From an uncultured delta proteobacterium (GTDB lineage: Bacteria; Myxococcota_A; Polyangia; Palsa-1104): a stretch of DNA of 64,000 nucleotides. Below the pieces are notes generated by a model. That model did no database searches, was not told the DNA's origin, and saw only the letters and a program-made list of their open reading frames with translations. The DNA lies in contig CAWAWS010000020.1 in the NCBI GenBank assembly GCA_963785725.1, positions 317,278 to 381,277 on the forward strand, read 5' to 3'. Below are positions 30,821 through 46,623 of this stretch, one piece after another; the stretch's first letter is position 1; the number at the start of each line of letters is the position of its first letter. The translations under genes were made by a program, and so were the position numbers.

Positions 30821-33800
30821 CTAAAACGGCGCGTTCAGTAAGAAATAGACCTGATTTCCGCCGCCGGCGTTGACGCCGTGCGCATATCCGAGCTGCAGCG
30901 CCGCGCCGTAATAATAGGCGTAATCGATCTCCAATATCGCTTCGGCGCCCACGCCCAGCTTCAGCTTGTCGAACGAGAATCCGTTGTTGAAGGCGTTGCC
31001 ATAATCGGCGAATGCCTTGGCGTGTAATCGCCGCAAATAGAGCGGAAACGTGTCGATACTGCGTTCAATCCACACGATCGGAAAGCGATATTCGGCGTTG
31101 AGCACGTGAAACTGATCGCCGACCTGCGACGCGTAAGGGTAACCGCGCAGCGACGCCGTTCCCGGACGCGAGAAGTCGTAGATCGATTGCAGCAGGTTCT
31201 GCGGCGGATAACCGCCGAGCACGAAGCTCGACTTATGCGTCGGATCGCCGCCGGAAATACCGCCCGAATAGGCGAGCCACAAGACATGATTGCGTAAGAA
31301 GCGGCTGGGCCAAGGAATGGGAATCCATTCGTTGTAATACCAGCTGGCCGAATAGGTCTCGTATTGCGAGCCGAGCACGCGCGTGCCGATGGCCAGATTG
31401 AGCGATAGATAACGCCCCTCTTCGGTCGATATCGAATATTGATAGCGGCGCGCGTTCGAATAGACCCACGTCGCCGCCAAGCCGGCGATATTTCCCGTCG
31501 CCGGATAGACCGGAATCAGCGCCGACGGATCGGGCGTCGCCTTCTTGGTCTCGTTCCGCGTATTGGTGAAGTCGTAGGAAAATATGAGGTCGGAATATTC
31601 GACGATATGGCGATAAATCGGTAAATCCATACTCGTACCGACCGACCAGATATCGGCGTTCCAGCCGACGTCGACGCCGTTGATGATTTCGCCGGCGCGC
31701 TTCTGCAATTGGCGCGAGACGCCCATATTGAGCGACGGCCATAAGCCGGTATACGAATAGTTCGCCGCGAACTGCACGTCGTCGGAGCGGCCGGTGCCGA
31801 AGCCGAGCTGCAAGCTCCACGATTGGCGCCCGACGACGTCGGTGCCCGACAGCTTGAAGCCGATGATCTCGCCATAGCCGTCGGGATTGGCGTACGGCGA
31901 CCACGTCCACGGAATGAGCGTGCTCAGCGGATTGTAGCGGCGATGCGGCAACGTCGGGCCGTCGGGCGGCACTTCACCGTCGGGGCGATCGACGATCGCC
32001 GGCTCGGCTTCGTGCCACGTCGAGCGATCGAGCACCGCCGTCTGCAGGTCGTAGCCGTCGGAGTGAAAGCCGACGAAGGCCAGCATTTTACCATCGGGCG
32101 AGATGGCCGGATCGAACACGCCTTCGAGCACGTTCGTCACTTGCCAGGTCTTGCCGGTCTCGAATTCGAACGCGAACAAGTTGTAGACGCCCGTGCGATC
32201 GCTGACGAAATAGAGCAATTTCCCGTCGGGCGAATAACGCGGCTCGAGATCATAAGAACGATCGTTCGTAATACGAACAATCTCCCGCGTCTGTAGATTC
32301 ATCGTGTAAATGTCGCGAAATCCGCCTTTGCGCCACCACGAGAACGCGATCGATTGACCATCCGGCGAATAGACCGGCGTATAGGCGTGCTCCATGTTGG
32401 CGACGGGGATGATCGTCTCGATCGTCCCGTCGCCGTCGACGGCGAGCCGGCCCAAGCCGCGCGACGAATTGCCGGTCATTTCGAACACGACCCAGCGGCC
32501 GTCGGGCGAGAGCGCCGGATTCCAGGCGCGCGCGCCGTCAGTCAACCGGCGCTTTTCGTGCTTCACGCGGTCATAGAGAAAGACGTCATTGAAGTAATAG
32601 TTGGTGTGCCAAACGGTCTGCTCGTGAAACGCGATATAACGACCATCGCCGCTCAGCGACGGGCCGCCGGCGGCGTCGGTGAGCACCTCCGTCTTCTGCC
32701 ACGGCATGCGCGCGCCGATCTTGGGCGCGATCGGGCCATTGGCCGGCAAGCGCGCGATGCGCTGCCGCGTAAAGCCGTCATAGCGCAGCACGATGATCTC
32801 TTTGCCGTCGGGCGTGAACACCGGCCGCGCCGGCCCCGACGGATCGGGCGGCGACAATTCGCGCGTCACCGTGATCGGCCCACGCTCTTGAATAGCCGCG
32901 CGCTGCTTCCGATAACGATCGGTCAGCTCCGCTTTGAAGTCGCGATAGAGCTCGATCCAGGTCTTGCCCGTGACGTGCTTGATGCTGCGACTCATTCCGC
33001 CGGGAATGCACGACGAGCCGTAGTCGCGCGACATCTTCAAGAGCGCGCCTTCGCCGTAATGCTCGGCCACGAAGCGCGTCAACGCCGAGCCGTACAAATA
33101 AGCGGCATTTCCAAAGGGAAACTGATTGGGCGAGACCGATATCTGATCGATTCTTTGAAAGCGGTTTTCCAGCGTTTGCGTGCGTAAATACATATCCCAT
33201 ATCGCGTTACGCAGACGTCCGGCGGCGGTGCGCGCGGTCTCCTCGAAGACCGCCAAGCCTTCCAATCCCCAGCGCGGCTGAAATTGATTGGGCGGATAAA
33301 TGGTGCCGACGCCGAGGCCGAGCACGGCGTTGATGATCTTGGCGCAAGGCCCGCCGATCGTTCCCGTATGCAGAATATGCGTATATTCGTGCATGACGAG
33401 ATCGGTCAGCCAATCGTCGTAATCATTGAGCTCGGCGCGATCGTCGGGTGAATTGGCATATAACGTAATCGCCGGATAAGGGTAAACGCCGGCAAAGCCG
33501 TTATAGTCGTCGATGTCATCGGTCACGACGATATGGGTCTTCTTGTCGAGCCCTTTACCGAGCACCGGCGTCAGCTTGCGCCAGGCATTCTCGGTGGTGA
33601 CGGCCAGCCGCTGCGCCACCGGCTCTTCGCCGCCGCCATGCGGCAGCGTGTAGTAGTGAATGAGGAAGTGCGGCGTCTCGATCGTATGCCAGACGCGCGC
33701 GGGATCGTCGGCGCGCGCGTCTCCGGCTAGTGCGAGCAGCGACAGCGCGGCCACGATCGCGCCGGCCAGCGGCGTGCGCCGCGCCGCCGTCAACAGCTCG

Positions 33801-33841
33801 ACCCCGACGGCGAATGCGAGGCCGAGAGGACTACCGCCCAC
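30821..33841 (-). CDS. HExxH metallopeptidase-like domain + PD40/TolB beta-propeller + Omp85/BamA-TamA-like barrel
   Basis: 'HEYTH' then 'EGLAVFEE'; repeated 'SPDG'; 'LRGY', 'AEYRFPI', terminal Phe; start uncertain. Confidence 0.85.
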   Translation of the reverse strand: MGGSPLGLAFAVGVELLTAARRTPLAGAIVAALSLLALAGDARADDPARVWHTIETPHFLIHYYTLPHGGGEEPVAQRLAVTTENAWRKLTPVLGKGLDKKTHIVVTDDIDDYNGFAGVYPYPAITLYANSPDDRAELNDYDDWLTDLVMHEYTHILHTGTIGGPCAKIINAVLGLGVGTIYPPNQFQPRWGLEGLAVFEETARTAAGRLRNAIWDMYLRTQTLENRFQRIDQISVSPNQFPFGNAAYLYGSALTRFVAEHYGEGALLKMSRDYGSSCIPGGMSRSIKHVTGKTWIELYRDFKAELTDRYRKQRAAIQERGPITVTRELSPPDPSGPARPVFTPDGKEIIVLRYDGFTRQRIARLPANGPIAPKIGARMPWQKTEVLTDAAGGPSLSGDGRYIAFHEQTVWHTNYYFNDVFLYDRVKHEKRRLTDGARAWNPALSPDGRWVVFEMTGNSSRGLGRLAVDGDGTIETIIPVANMEHAYTPVYSPDGQSIAFSWWRKGGFRDIYTMNLQTREIVRITNDRSYDLEPRYSPDGKLLYFVSDRTGVYNLFAFEFETGKTWQVTNVLEGVFDPAISPDGKMLAFVGFHSDGYDLQTAVLDRSTWHEAEPAIVDRPDGEVPPDGPTLPHRRYNPLSTLIPWTWSPYANPDGYGEIIGFKLSGTDVVGRQSWSLQLGFGTGRSDDVQFAANYSYTGLWPSLNMGVSRQLQKRAGEIINGVDVGWNADIWSVGTSMDLPIYRHIVEYSDLIFSYDFTNTRNETKKATPDPSALIPVYPATGNIAGLAATWVYSNARRYQYSISTEEGRYLSLNLAIGTRVLGSQYETYSASWYYNEWIPIPWPSRFLRNHVLWLAYSGGISGGDPTHKSSFVLGGYPPQNLLQSIYDFSRPGTASLRGYPYASQVGDQFHVLNAEYRFPIVWIERSIDTFPLYLRRLHAKAFADYGNAFNNGFSFDKLKLGVGAEAILEIDYAYYYGAALQLGYAHGVNAGGGNQVYFLLNAPF

Positions 33842-33851
33842 GCGGGACGGA

Positions 33852-34418
33852 TCACAAGTCGGTCCCGAGCACCTGGCTGATGGTCCGATAGCCGAGCGCG
33901 GCGTAGAAGCGCTGCGCGTCCTCGTTGCCGTCCCACACCGTCAACAGCACCTGCGTCGCGCCCTGCTGGCGCGCCCACTCGGTGGCCGCCGTCATGAGCG
34001 CGCGCCCGCAGCCGCGCCGCCGCCGCGTGCGCGCGACGATGAGCGTCTCGATGTGCCCGCGTCGCTGCGGCACCATCGTCAGCGCCACCGGCGTGTCGTA
34101 GACCTGCACGTGCAAGGCGCCGTGCACGCTGCCGCGGTCATCGCAGGCGACGAGGATGGTCTCGTGCCGGCTCTCCTCGGCGTCGCGCAGCGTGTCGACG
34201 GCGCGCTGGCGGCCGCGCTCGGGATCGGCGCGGCGGAAGAAGGCGGGCGACAGCTTGGCGTGCAGCGCGTCCGCCTCGTGCCACAGCCGCGTCAGCGCGT
34301 CGAGATCGTCGTCCGCGGCGGCGCGCACTCGCCAGCGCCCGGCCGCGTCGGCGCGCCGCTCGACTTCGCCGTTGCCGTTGCCGGCGCCGCTGCGTACGCG
34401 CGAGCCCGAGCTACGCAC
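33852..34418 (-). CDS. GNAT N-acetyltransferase
   Basis: 'RRRGCGRALM', 'VWDGNEDAQRFYAALGY'; start uncertain. Confidence 0.85.
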   Translation of the reverse strand: MRSSGSRVRSGAGNGNGEVERRADAAGRWRVRAAADDDLDALTRLWHEADALHAKLSPAFFRRADPERGRQRAVDTLRDAEESRHETILVACDDRGSVHGALHVQVYDTPVALTMVPQRRGHIETLIVARTRRRRGCGRALMTAATEWARQQGATQVLLTVWDGNEDAQRFYAALGYRTISQVLGTDL

Positions 34419-34812
34419 CGAACGCCTCGGACAGGAGCTTGTCGATGTCGCGGCGGCTCACCGGCTTACGCAGGAAGAAGTCGGCGCCGAGCGCGCGCGC
34501 CTGATCTTCGGTCGCCTGCGCCGACTCGGTGGTGATGATGGCGATGCGCACGCGCTGGTCGCTCGCGGGCGGGCTCGGCTGCGCCGTCTCCGACTCGCGG
34601 ACGCGCTTGATGAGCTTCATCCCGTCGAGAATCGGCATGTTCAAGTCCATGAGCAGCAGGTCGTAGTGACTCGCCGACAGGAGCTTGAGCGCGGCCAGGC
34701 CATCGCCCGCCTCCGCGACCTCGACGTTGGGACGCTTCTTCACCGCCAACGTCAGCAGCTGACGCATGGCCGGCGAATCTTCGACGATCAGGATCTTGAT
34801 TGTTCGGCTCAT
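34411..34812 (-). CDS. single-domain response regulator (CheY-like)
   Basis: 'ILIVEDS', 'DLNMPILDG', 'FLRKP'. Confidence 0.92.
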   Translation of the reverse strand: MSRTIKILIVEDSPAMRQLLTLAVKKRPNVEVAEAGDGLAALKLLSASHYDLLLMDLNMPILDGMKLIKRVRESETAQPSPPASDQRVRIAIITTESAQATEDQARALGADFFLRKPVSRRDIDKLLSEAFGA

Positions 34813-34815
34813 GTC

Positions 34816-35679
34816 TTAAGCGGAGTGTGCGACGCGCGGCTCTAGAGCCGGCTGCGCGGACAAAAACGGACGAACGGCCCGCAGGAACTGCTCGGGACGC
34901 TCGATGAACGGCATATGGCCGCACGCCGGAATGACCTCGAGGCGCGCGCCGGGAATCGCGCGGCCCAGCTGCTTGCCGCGCGACAAGGGCACGAGGCGAT
35001 CTTCGTCGCCCCACACGAGCAGCGTCGGCTGCGTGATGCGCGCGGCGTCGGCGTTCTCGCTCGGCAGCGACGTCAGCATCTGCATGCAGGCGTAGAACGC
35101 GTCGCGCGCGCCGGCGCGGTTGAAGCGATCCCAGTAATAGTCGAGCCAGGCGGTGTCGAGGCTGCGCGGATCGCGCACGGCGTGCTGGCGATTGGCGCGC
35201 TCGAACTCGCGGCGACCGAAGACGTTCTTGAACACGAACGGCCCGACGCCGGGCACGAGCGCCAGCTTGGCGTCGAGCGGCAAGGTCGGCGGCGGATAGG
35301 CCGCGGCCGCCGACAAGACGAGCTTGCGCACGCGCGCCGGATAGCGCGCCGCCAGCGTCAGCGCCGTGCCGCCGCCCATCGACGCACCGAGCACGTCGGC
35401 GCTGGCGACACCGAGCTTGCCCATGATCTCGTCGACGAGCTTGGCGAACGCGGCGAAGTCGTAAGCAAACTCCGACGGCGACGGCTTGTCCGACTCGCCG
35501 TGACCGGGCAGATCGAGCGCGATGACGTCGTGCTCTTTGGCCAGCTGCGCGACGATGGGCCGGAAGTAGTAGTGCGACATCATCCAGCCGTGGATGAGCA
35601 CGAGCGGCTCGCCGTGGCCGCCGCGATGGACGAAGATGCGACCCGCGGAGCTGTCGACGAAATTGCCGGGAAGACTCAC
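34816..35679 (-). CDS. alpha/beta-fold hydrolase
   Basis: 'LIHG', 'DLPGHGES', nucleophile 'GASMGG', 'WGDED', 'GH'. Confidence 0.92.
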   Translation of the reverse strand: MSLPGNFVDSSAGRIFVHRGGHGEPLVLIHGWMMSHYYFRPIVAQLAKEHDVIALDLPGHGESDKPSPSEFAYDFAAFAKLVDEIMGKLGVASADVLGASMGGGTALTLAARYPARVRKLVLSAAAAYPPPTLPLDAKLALVPGVGPFVFKNVFGRREFERANRQHAVRDPRSLDTAWLDYYWDRFNRAGARDAFYACMQMLTSLPSENADAARITQPTLLVWGDEDRLVPLSRGKQLGRAIPGARLEVIPACGHMPFIERPEQFLRAVRPFLSAQPALEPRVAHSA

Positions 35680-35819
35680 GCCCGAAATTTAGCACAACTG
35701 CAGCGCGCTACATCAGAGGCACGATCGGGCGCTACGAGCGCGCAAAGCGCGCGTCGGCCGGGAGCCCGGCCGTGGGGCGGCTCGGCGAGCGCGCTGCTCG
35801 CCGAGGGTGCCTCCACCCT

Positions 35820-37631
<1,812 letters not shown>

Positions 37632-37671
37632 CGCGCGGACGCCGTCGCAAAGAGGTGTTCGCTCGAGCGCA

Positions 37672-37947
37672 CTAATCCTCCCCGAACTTGTCCTTCACCA
37701 ACGTCGACAAGGCCTGCATCGCCGCCGCCGCGTCGCCGCCCGTGCACTTCACCGAGATCCACGAGCCCTTGGCGGCCACCAGCATCAGCACGCCCATGAT
37801 GCTCTTGCCGTTGACGCTCTGCCCGTCTTTCTCGACGGCGACCGCGCTCTGAAACTTGTTCGCCGTCTGCACGAACTTCGTGGCGGCGCGCGCGTGCATG
37901 CCGAGCTCGTTCATGATCTGCATTCGCTGTTCGATGCTATCGGACAT
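37672..37947 (-). CDS. ptsH: phosphocarrier protein HPr
   Basis: 'GMHARAA' (His15) and 'KSIMGVL' (Ser46). Confidence 0.95.
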   Translation of the reverse strand: MSDSIEQRMQIMNELGMHARAATKFVQTANKFQSAVAVEKDGQSVNGKSIMGVLMLVAAKGSWISVKCTGGDAAAAMQALSTLVKDKFGED

Positions 37948-37989
37948 GCGCTTGGCCTCTGACTTTCACCACTGCTTGCACTAATTCCT

Positions 37990-38388
37990 TCACTCTTTGG
38001 GACCCATCGCCGAATGAATGTGGATGCTCTTGACGCCCGTCGCCTGCAGCTCCTCCGCCAGCGTCAGCGCGCTCTGATCGCGATTCGCCGTCGCCAGCTT
38101 GAACAGCATGGGCAAGTTCATCCCCGTCAACACGACGCTGCGACCACCGCACTTCTTGCAGCAGAGATTGTAGGGCGTCGAGCCTTCGAGATCGGTCAGA
38201 AACAGCACTTCATCGCTGTCGATGTCGCCGACGACATCTTCGATGTGCGACTCGGTCTCGACGCGCGGCTCACCGATACGCACGCTGATCGTGTGTACGT
38301 TGAGGCTGCCGACGACGCGCTCGGCGGCGTCGACCATCGAGCTGGCCGCGGTTCCGTGTGTAATGACGACGATCCCAGTCATGCCCAT
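37990..38388 (-). CDS. PTS EIIA component, mannose/fructose type
   Basis: 'IVVITHG', 'LTDLEGSTPYN', 'TGMNLPML'. Confidence 0.9.
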   Translation of the reverse strand: MGMTGIVVITHGTAASSMVDAAERVVGSLNVHTISVRIGEPRVETESHIEDVVGDIDSDEVLFLTDLEGSTPYNLCCKKCGGRSVVLTGMNLPMLFKLATANRDQSALTLAEELQATGVKSIHIHSAMGPKE

Positions 38389-38407
38389 TGTTTCACCATG
38401 CTACTCG

Positions 38408-39256
38408 TCATTCACGGCCTCTGCCCAGATCGCGATGACGGACCGTCAAAGGGTGCCGCTCCGGCAGCTTTTTAGCTAGCTCCTGAACGACGGCCACCGA
38501 TCGATGGCGACCGCCGGTGCAGCCTACAGCTACCGTAAGGTAAGCCTTTCCCTCGCGTTCCGCTCGCGGCAACACGAACTCGAGCAGCGCCTCGGCACGC
38601 TCGAGGAAGCCGCGCGCGTCGGGATTGTCGAGCACGAAGTCGCTGACTTGCTGCTCCTGCCCCGTCGACGCCGACAGCGCCTCGACGAAGTACGGGTTGG
38701 GCAGGAAACGTACATCGAGGACGATGTCGGCTTCGGCGGGCAAGCCGTGCTTGAAGCCGAACGACAAGAGCGTCACCGCCAGGACATCGGCAGACCGCCG
38801 ATAACGCTCCTGAATTACGCCTTTGAGCTGGTGAACGTTGAGGTTCGCCGTGTGCACGTAGGCGCTCGCATCCTCACGGAGCGGCCGCAGGATGTCGCGC
38901 TCGCGGGCGATGCCTTCGCGCAAGTCGTCGCCCGACAGCGGATGGCGCCGGCGCGTCTCCGAGAAGCGGCGCACGAGCACGTCGTCGTCGGCGTCGAGGT
39001 ACAGAATTTCCAGCTGGTGACCGTCGCGACGCAGCGCCGTGAAGACCTCGCGCGCCGACTGCAGGAACTCGCCCTCGCGCGCATCGACGCCGACCGCGGC
39101 TTGCTCGGCCTCGCCCGATGCCGAGAGCAGCTCGACGAAGCGACCCATGAGCGGCAGCGGCAAGTTGTCGACGCAAAAGTAGCCCGCGTCCTCGAGCGCG
39201 CGCAGCGCCGTCGACTTGCCCGCGCCGGAGACCCCGGTGACGATGATGATGCGCAT
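38408..39256 (-). CDS. rapZ: RNase adapter RapZ (YhbJ/YvcJ)
   Basis: 'TGVSGAGKS', 'VDNLP', 'ETRRRHPL', 'DVRFLPNP', 'GCTGGRHRSV'. Confidence 0.95.
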   Translation of the reverse strand: MRIIIVTGVSGAGKSTALRALEDAGYFCVDNLPLPLMGRFVELLSASGEAEQAAVGVDAREGEFLQSAREVFTALRRDGHQLEILYLDADDDVLVRRFSETRRRHPLSGDDLREGIARERDILRPLREDASAYVHTANLNVHQLKGVIQERYRRSADVLAVTLLSFGFKHGLPAEADIVLDVRFLPNPYFVEALSASTGQEQQVSDFVLDNPDARGFLERAEALLEFVLPRAEREGKAYLTVAVGCTGGRHRSVAVVQELAKKLPERHPLTVRHRDLGRGRE

Positions 39257-39294
39257 CGTGCGCCGCGGCGCGTTCGGCTCGCTCGTCACCGCCG

Positions 39295-39481
39295 TCACGT
39301 TTGCACCGCGCGCACGCGCCGCCGACGCGCGCGAAGTCGCCTCGCTGCACTCGCCTCCACGGCGCGAAAATCCGTCGGCGTCGCGTGCGCGCTCACGTTT
39401 GCACCGCGCGCACGCGCCGCCGACGCGCGCGAAGTCGCCTCGCTGCACTCGCCTCCACGGCGCGAAAATCCGTCGGCGTCG
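39295..39481. repeat. tandem direct repeat: two identical 89-bp palindromic units, 98-bp period
   Basis: 39295-39383 = 39393-39481; each unit contains a GCCGACG...CGTCGGC stem. Confidence 0.9.
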
Positions 39482-39490
39482 AGTTCGCGC

Positions 39491-40463
39491 TCACTCGACC
39501 TCGTCGACGCGCAGCCGCGGCTGCTCGGGCTTGGCTTCGATGAGCGCGCGATTCAGCCGATCCTGGAACTCGCGCGCCGAATGCTTGCCTTGGTACTTCA
39601 AGAGCTGGTTACGCGCCGCCACTTCGATGATCGACGTGATGTTTCGTCCCGGCCGAATCGGCACGCGCAGCATCGGCACGGCGACGTCGAGGATCGAGTG
39701 GCGCAGCTCTTCGACGCCGAGCCGATCGTACTCCTCCTCCTCGTTCCACTCGACGAGCTCGACGACCAGCTCGATCTTCTTGGCGTCGCGCACGGCGCTG
39801 ATACCGAAGAGGTCCTTGATGTTGATGATGCCGAGGCCGCGAATTTCCATGTGGTGCTTGATGATGTCGGAGCCGCCGCCGTAGATCATGTCGGGCGGTC
39901 GCTTGCGAATCTCGACGATGTCGTCGGCGACGAGGCGATGACCGCGCAGCACGAGATCGAGCGCCGCCTCCGACTTGCCGATGCCCGACTTGCCCATCAG
40001 CAAGATGCCGACGCCAAGGACGTCGATGAGGACGCCGTGCACGCTCGTCGTCGGCGACAGCCGATCTTCGAGGTACTTCGTCACGCGGTTGATGAACACC
40101 GACGACATGAGCGGCGTCGAGAACACCGGCACGTTGTACTTGTCGCCGCCGAGCACCAGCTCTTGCGGCACTTCGAGCCCGCGCGTCACGACGATCGTCG
40201 ACACTTCGAGCGCACAGAGCGCGTCGAGCCCCATCTGCCGCGCTTCCGGCGACGCTTGGCGCAAGAACGAGAATCTCCGTGAGCCCCAGAACCTGCAGCC
40301 GCTCGGGATGAACGTAGGCCGTGTAACCGGTGAGCGCGAGCCCCGGCTTTTGCACGCGCGGCCCGGAGATGCGCCGCGACAGCCCGCCGCGTCCGCCGAC
40401 GAGCTCGAGGGCGAGCCCGGCTTCGCGTGCCTCGAGCAGGCTGTCTACGCGGACGCTGGCCAC
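39491..40463 (-). CDS. hprK: HPr(Ser) kinase/phosphorylase (apparent frameshift ~40275)
   Basis: 'QKPGLALTG', 'HGVL', 'GKSGIGKSE', 'LVADD', 'EIRGLGII', 'RPGRN'. Confidence 0.93.
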
Positions 40464-40491
40464 GCGGCCTCCTAATCCTTAAGAACGCAGC

Positions 40492-41041
40492 TTAATTGCA
40501 GCTGAAAACCTTGAACGTGTCCTTGACCTCTTTGGCGCCGAAGTGCAAGTCGAAGGCGCCCATCAGCGGCTTGACCTTGGTGACGTCGAACTGCGAGAAT
40601 CGACACCGAGCCCGAATCGGCCTCGATCGTCATGTCCGGTGTCGTCGACATCGGCGGGTAGTGAAGAAACTGCGCCTGATCCGAGCCCAGACCGCTCATG
40701 CAGTTGCCGGGCGTAATCGGATACGGCATCGAGTTGCGCGTGCCCGGATAGTTGCCGTCGAAGTCCGGCGCCGTCCCGACGTTCAAGATGATGCGCAGCT
40801 CCGTGTGCGCGACGTTGGCGTCGCGCGCCTGCGGATGCGTCGGGTCGCACAGGAAGTCGAAATCGACGAAGTCGATCAGCATCTGTCCCGGGCTGCCTTG
40901 CGGACAGTACGAGGTGTCGGTGGTCAAGAAGTAGCCTTCGTCCTGGACGGCGAGCGAGTAGGTGCCGACGTCGTAGGTCTTGGCGCCGCCGCCGCAGCCC
41001 GCGGCGACCAACAGCAGTGACGGTAAGATGAAGTGGCGCAT
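40492..41041 (-). CDS. hypothetical lipoprotein (apparent frameshift ~40600)
   Basis: Lipobox AAGC; continues in another frame as '...FDLHFGAKEVKDTFKVFSCN*'. Confidence 0.65.
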
Positions 41042-41511
41042 CAGTATTTGGCATCCTCGTCGGCGATGACGCGGAAGATCTCCTGCGCGTCCTTGGCCTG
41101 CATGAGACGGGTGCGAAACTCGGGATCCTTGAACAGCCGCGAGATCCGCGCCAGCGCCTTCAGGTGCACGCCGGTCGAGTTCTCGGGTGCTACGAGGACG
41201 AAGAATAGATGCGTCGGCCGGCCATCCATCGAGTCGAAGTCGACGCCTTCGACGGCGCGTCCGACGCAGGCGACCAGCTTGCCGACCGCGTCCAGCTTGC
41301 CGTGCGGGATGGCGACGCCTTCACCGATCGCCGTCGACGCCAGCCGCTCGCGCTCGAGCAGAACTTTGGCCAATACCTCGCGATCGATCTTTTGCGGCCC
41401 ACTCACGTGCGCCGCCAGATGGTCCGCCAGCTCTCTGATCACCGCGCTCTTTTCGCGCGCCTGCAGCTGCGGCACGATGAGCTCGGGTCCGACAAAGTCT
41501 ACAATCTTCAT
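41041..41511 (-). CDS. ptsN: PTS EIIA-Ntr (fructose/mannitol-type EIIA)
   Basis: 'RERLASTAIGEGVAIPHG', 'HLKALARISR'. Confidence 0.92.
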   Translation of the reverse strand: MKIVDFVGPELIVPQLQAREKSAVIRELADHLAAHVSGPQKIDREVLAKVLLERERLASTAIGEGVAIPHGKLDAVGKLVACVGRAVEGVDFDSMDGRPTHLFFVLVAPENSTGVHLKALARISRLFKDPEFRTRLMQAKDAQEIFRVIADEDAKY

Positions 41512-41542
41512 TCGCTAAGCCTTTGCCCGTACGGAGCGTCCC

Positions 41543-42142
41543 TCAGCCCTTGCCGTTTCCGTTTTGCCCTGTCTCGATCAGCCCGTACGTCCCGTCGCCA
41601 CGACGATACACGACATTGACCTCGTGTGAAGCGGCGTTTGTATAGACCAGGAAATCGTTGCCGAGCAGGTTCATCTGCATCACGGCCTCGGGTGGTGTCA
41701 ACGGCTTCGCAAAGAATTTCGACTTCTTGATGATCTCGGGCTGCGCCGCCGCCGCCACGGCGCCGTCGGCCGGCGTCGCGCTGTCTTCCTCGGGCACCGA
41801 GAGCACCGAGTGCGTGATCTCACGCAGGCCGTGCAGGCCTTCGGAACCCTTGTGGCCGCGGATCTTTTCTTTGTAACGCCGAACCTGGCGCTCGATCTTG
41901 GCCATCACGAGATCGATCGACGAGTACATGTCCTCGGTCGTCTCGATGCCCTTGATGACGAGGCCGTTGTGCAACGTCAACATCACGTCCGCGGTGTGGT
42001 TGTAGCCGCGATCGCAGATGAGCACGACGTGCGCCTTGATCGGATCGGGGAAGTACTTCTTGATGCGCTCGATCTTCTCGCCCGCGTAATCGCGCAGCGC
42101 ATCGGTCGAGTCCATGTGTCGGAAGGTTACGGAGAGCTGCAT
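41543..42142 (-). CDS. hpf: ribosome hibernation promoting factor (long HPF)
   Basis: 'DMYSSID...KIERQVRRYKEK'; C-terminal 'EAVMQMNLLG...VVYRRGDGTYGLIE'. Confidence 0.93.
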   Translation of the reverse strand: MQLSVTFRHMDSTDALRDYAGEKIERIKKYFPDPIKAHVVLICDRGYNHTADVMLTLHNGLVIKGIETTEDMYSSIDLVMAKIERQVRRYKEKIRGHKGSEGLHGLREITHSVLSVPEEDSATPADGAVAAAAQPEIIKKSKFFAKPLTPPEAVMQMNLLGNDFLVYTNAASHEVNVVYRRGDGTYGLIETGQNGNGKG

Positions 42143-42193
42143 GGGCGTGCCTCCGTCAGGCGGGGACGAGGTCGGATGTCTAACGTACGTATC

Positions 42194-43688
<1,495 letters not shown>

Positions 43689-43884
43689 TCACTCGTCCTT
43701 TCGAACCGTTACCTAATCGCCGGCGCTGTCTTCCACTCTTGGTATAAACATAGCAGGACGGCTTTGAAGTGTAAAGGTCAAAAGGTCAGGGCAGGTATGT
43801 GACTTGCATGCAGGGCGCGAATTGTCGCCGGCGCCTGTGCTTCGACCGCTGTGGCGCGATCTTTGCCGATGTAAATCCGACTAC

Positions 43885-46047
<2,163 letters not shown>

Positions 46048-46051
<4 letters not shown>

Positions 46052-46623
46052 GCCGCTTCTTTCTCGTATTTCTGCTGCTTTTACCGGCGATTGCGCGGGC
46101 GCAGTCGGCGACCGCGCCGGCGACTCCGCCGCCGATTGCGCCGGTCGACGGCGGCGCCACCGTCAGCGTGCAGGTCGATCCCAACGGCGACACGACGCTC
46201 GACGTCAAGCGCGGCGACGTCAACGTCAGCGCCAACGGCAAGACCGAGCACGTCGGCCCGGGCGAGACGGTGCGCACGCAGAAGAAGCAGCCACTCAAGC
46301 GCATGGCGCCGGCGCCCATGATGACGACGCCGGCCGATGGGACGACCGTCAACACGCTCGACGTCGGCTTCGCCTGGCAGCCGGTGCCCGGTGCCAATCG
46401 CTACTTGTTGGAAATTGCGCCCGATCCGCAGTTCCAGAGCACGCGTACACTGACGACGGCCGGAACGACGACGCGCATGACACTCGACGGCAGCACTTCC
46501 TATTATTGGCGCGTCACCGTGCTCGACGGCAGCGGCATGCCCGGAAAGCGCGGCCAGCCCTGGCATTTGACGATCGACACGACTCCGCCCAAGCTCAAGG
46601 CAGGCAAACCCAAGTGGCGCTGA
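46048..46623 (+). CDS. secreted protein: FecR C-terminal-like segment plus FN3/Ig-like domain
   Basis: Signal peptide; 'LDVKRGDVNVSA', 'WQPVPGANRYLLEIA..PQF', 'YYWRV', 'IDTTPP'. Confidence 0.6.
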
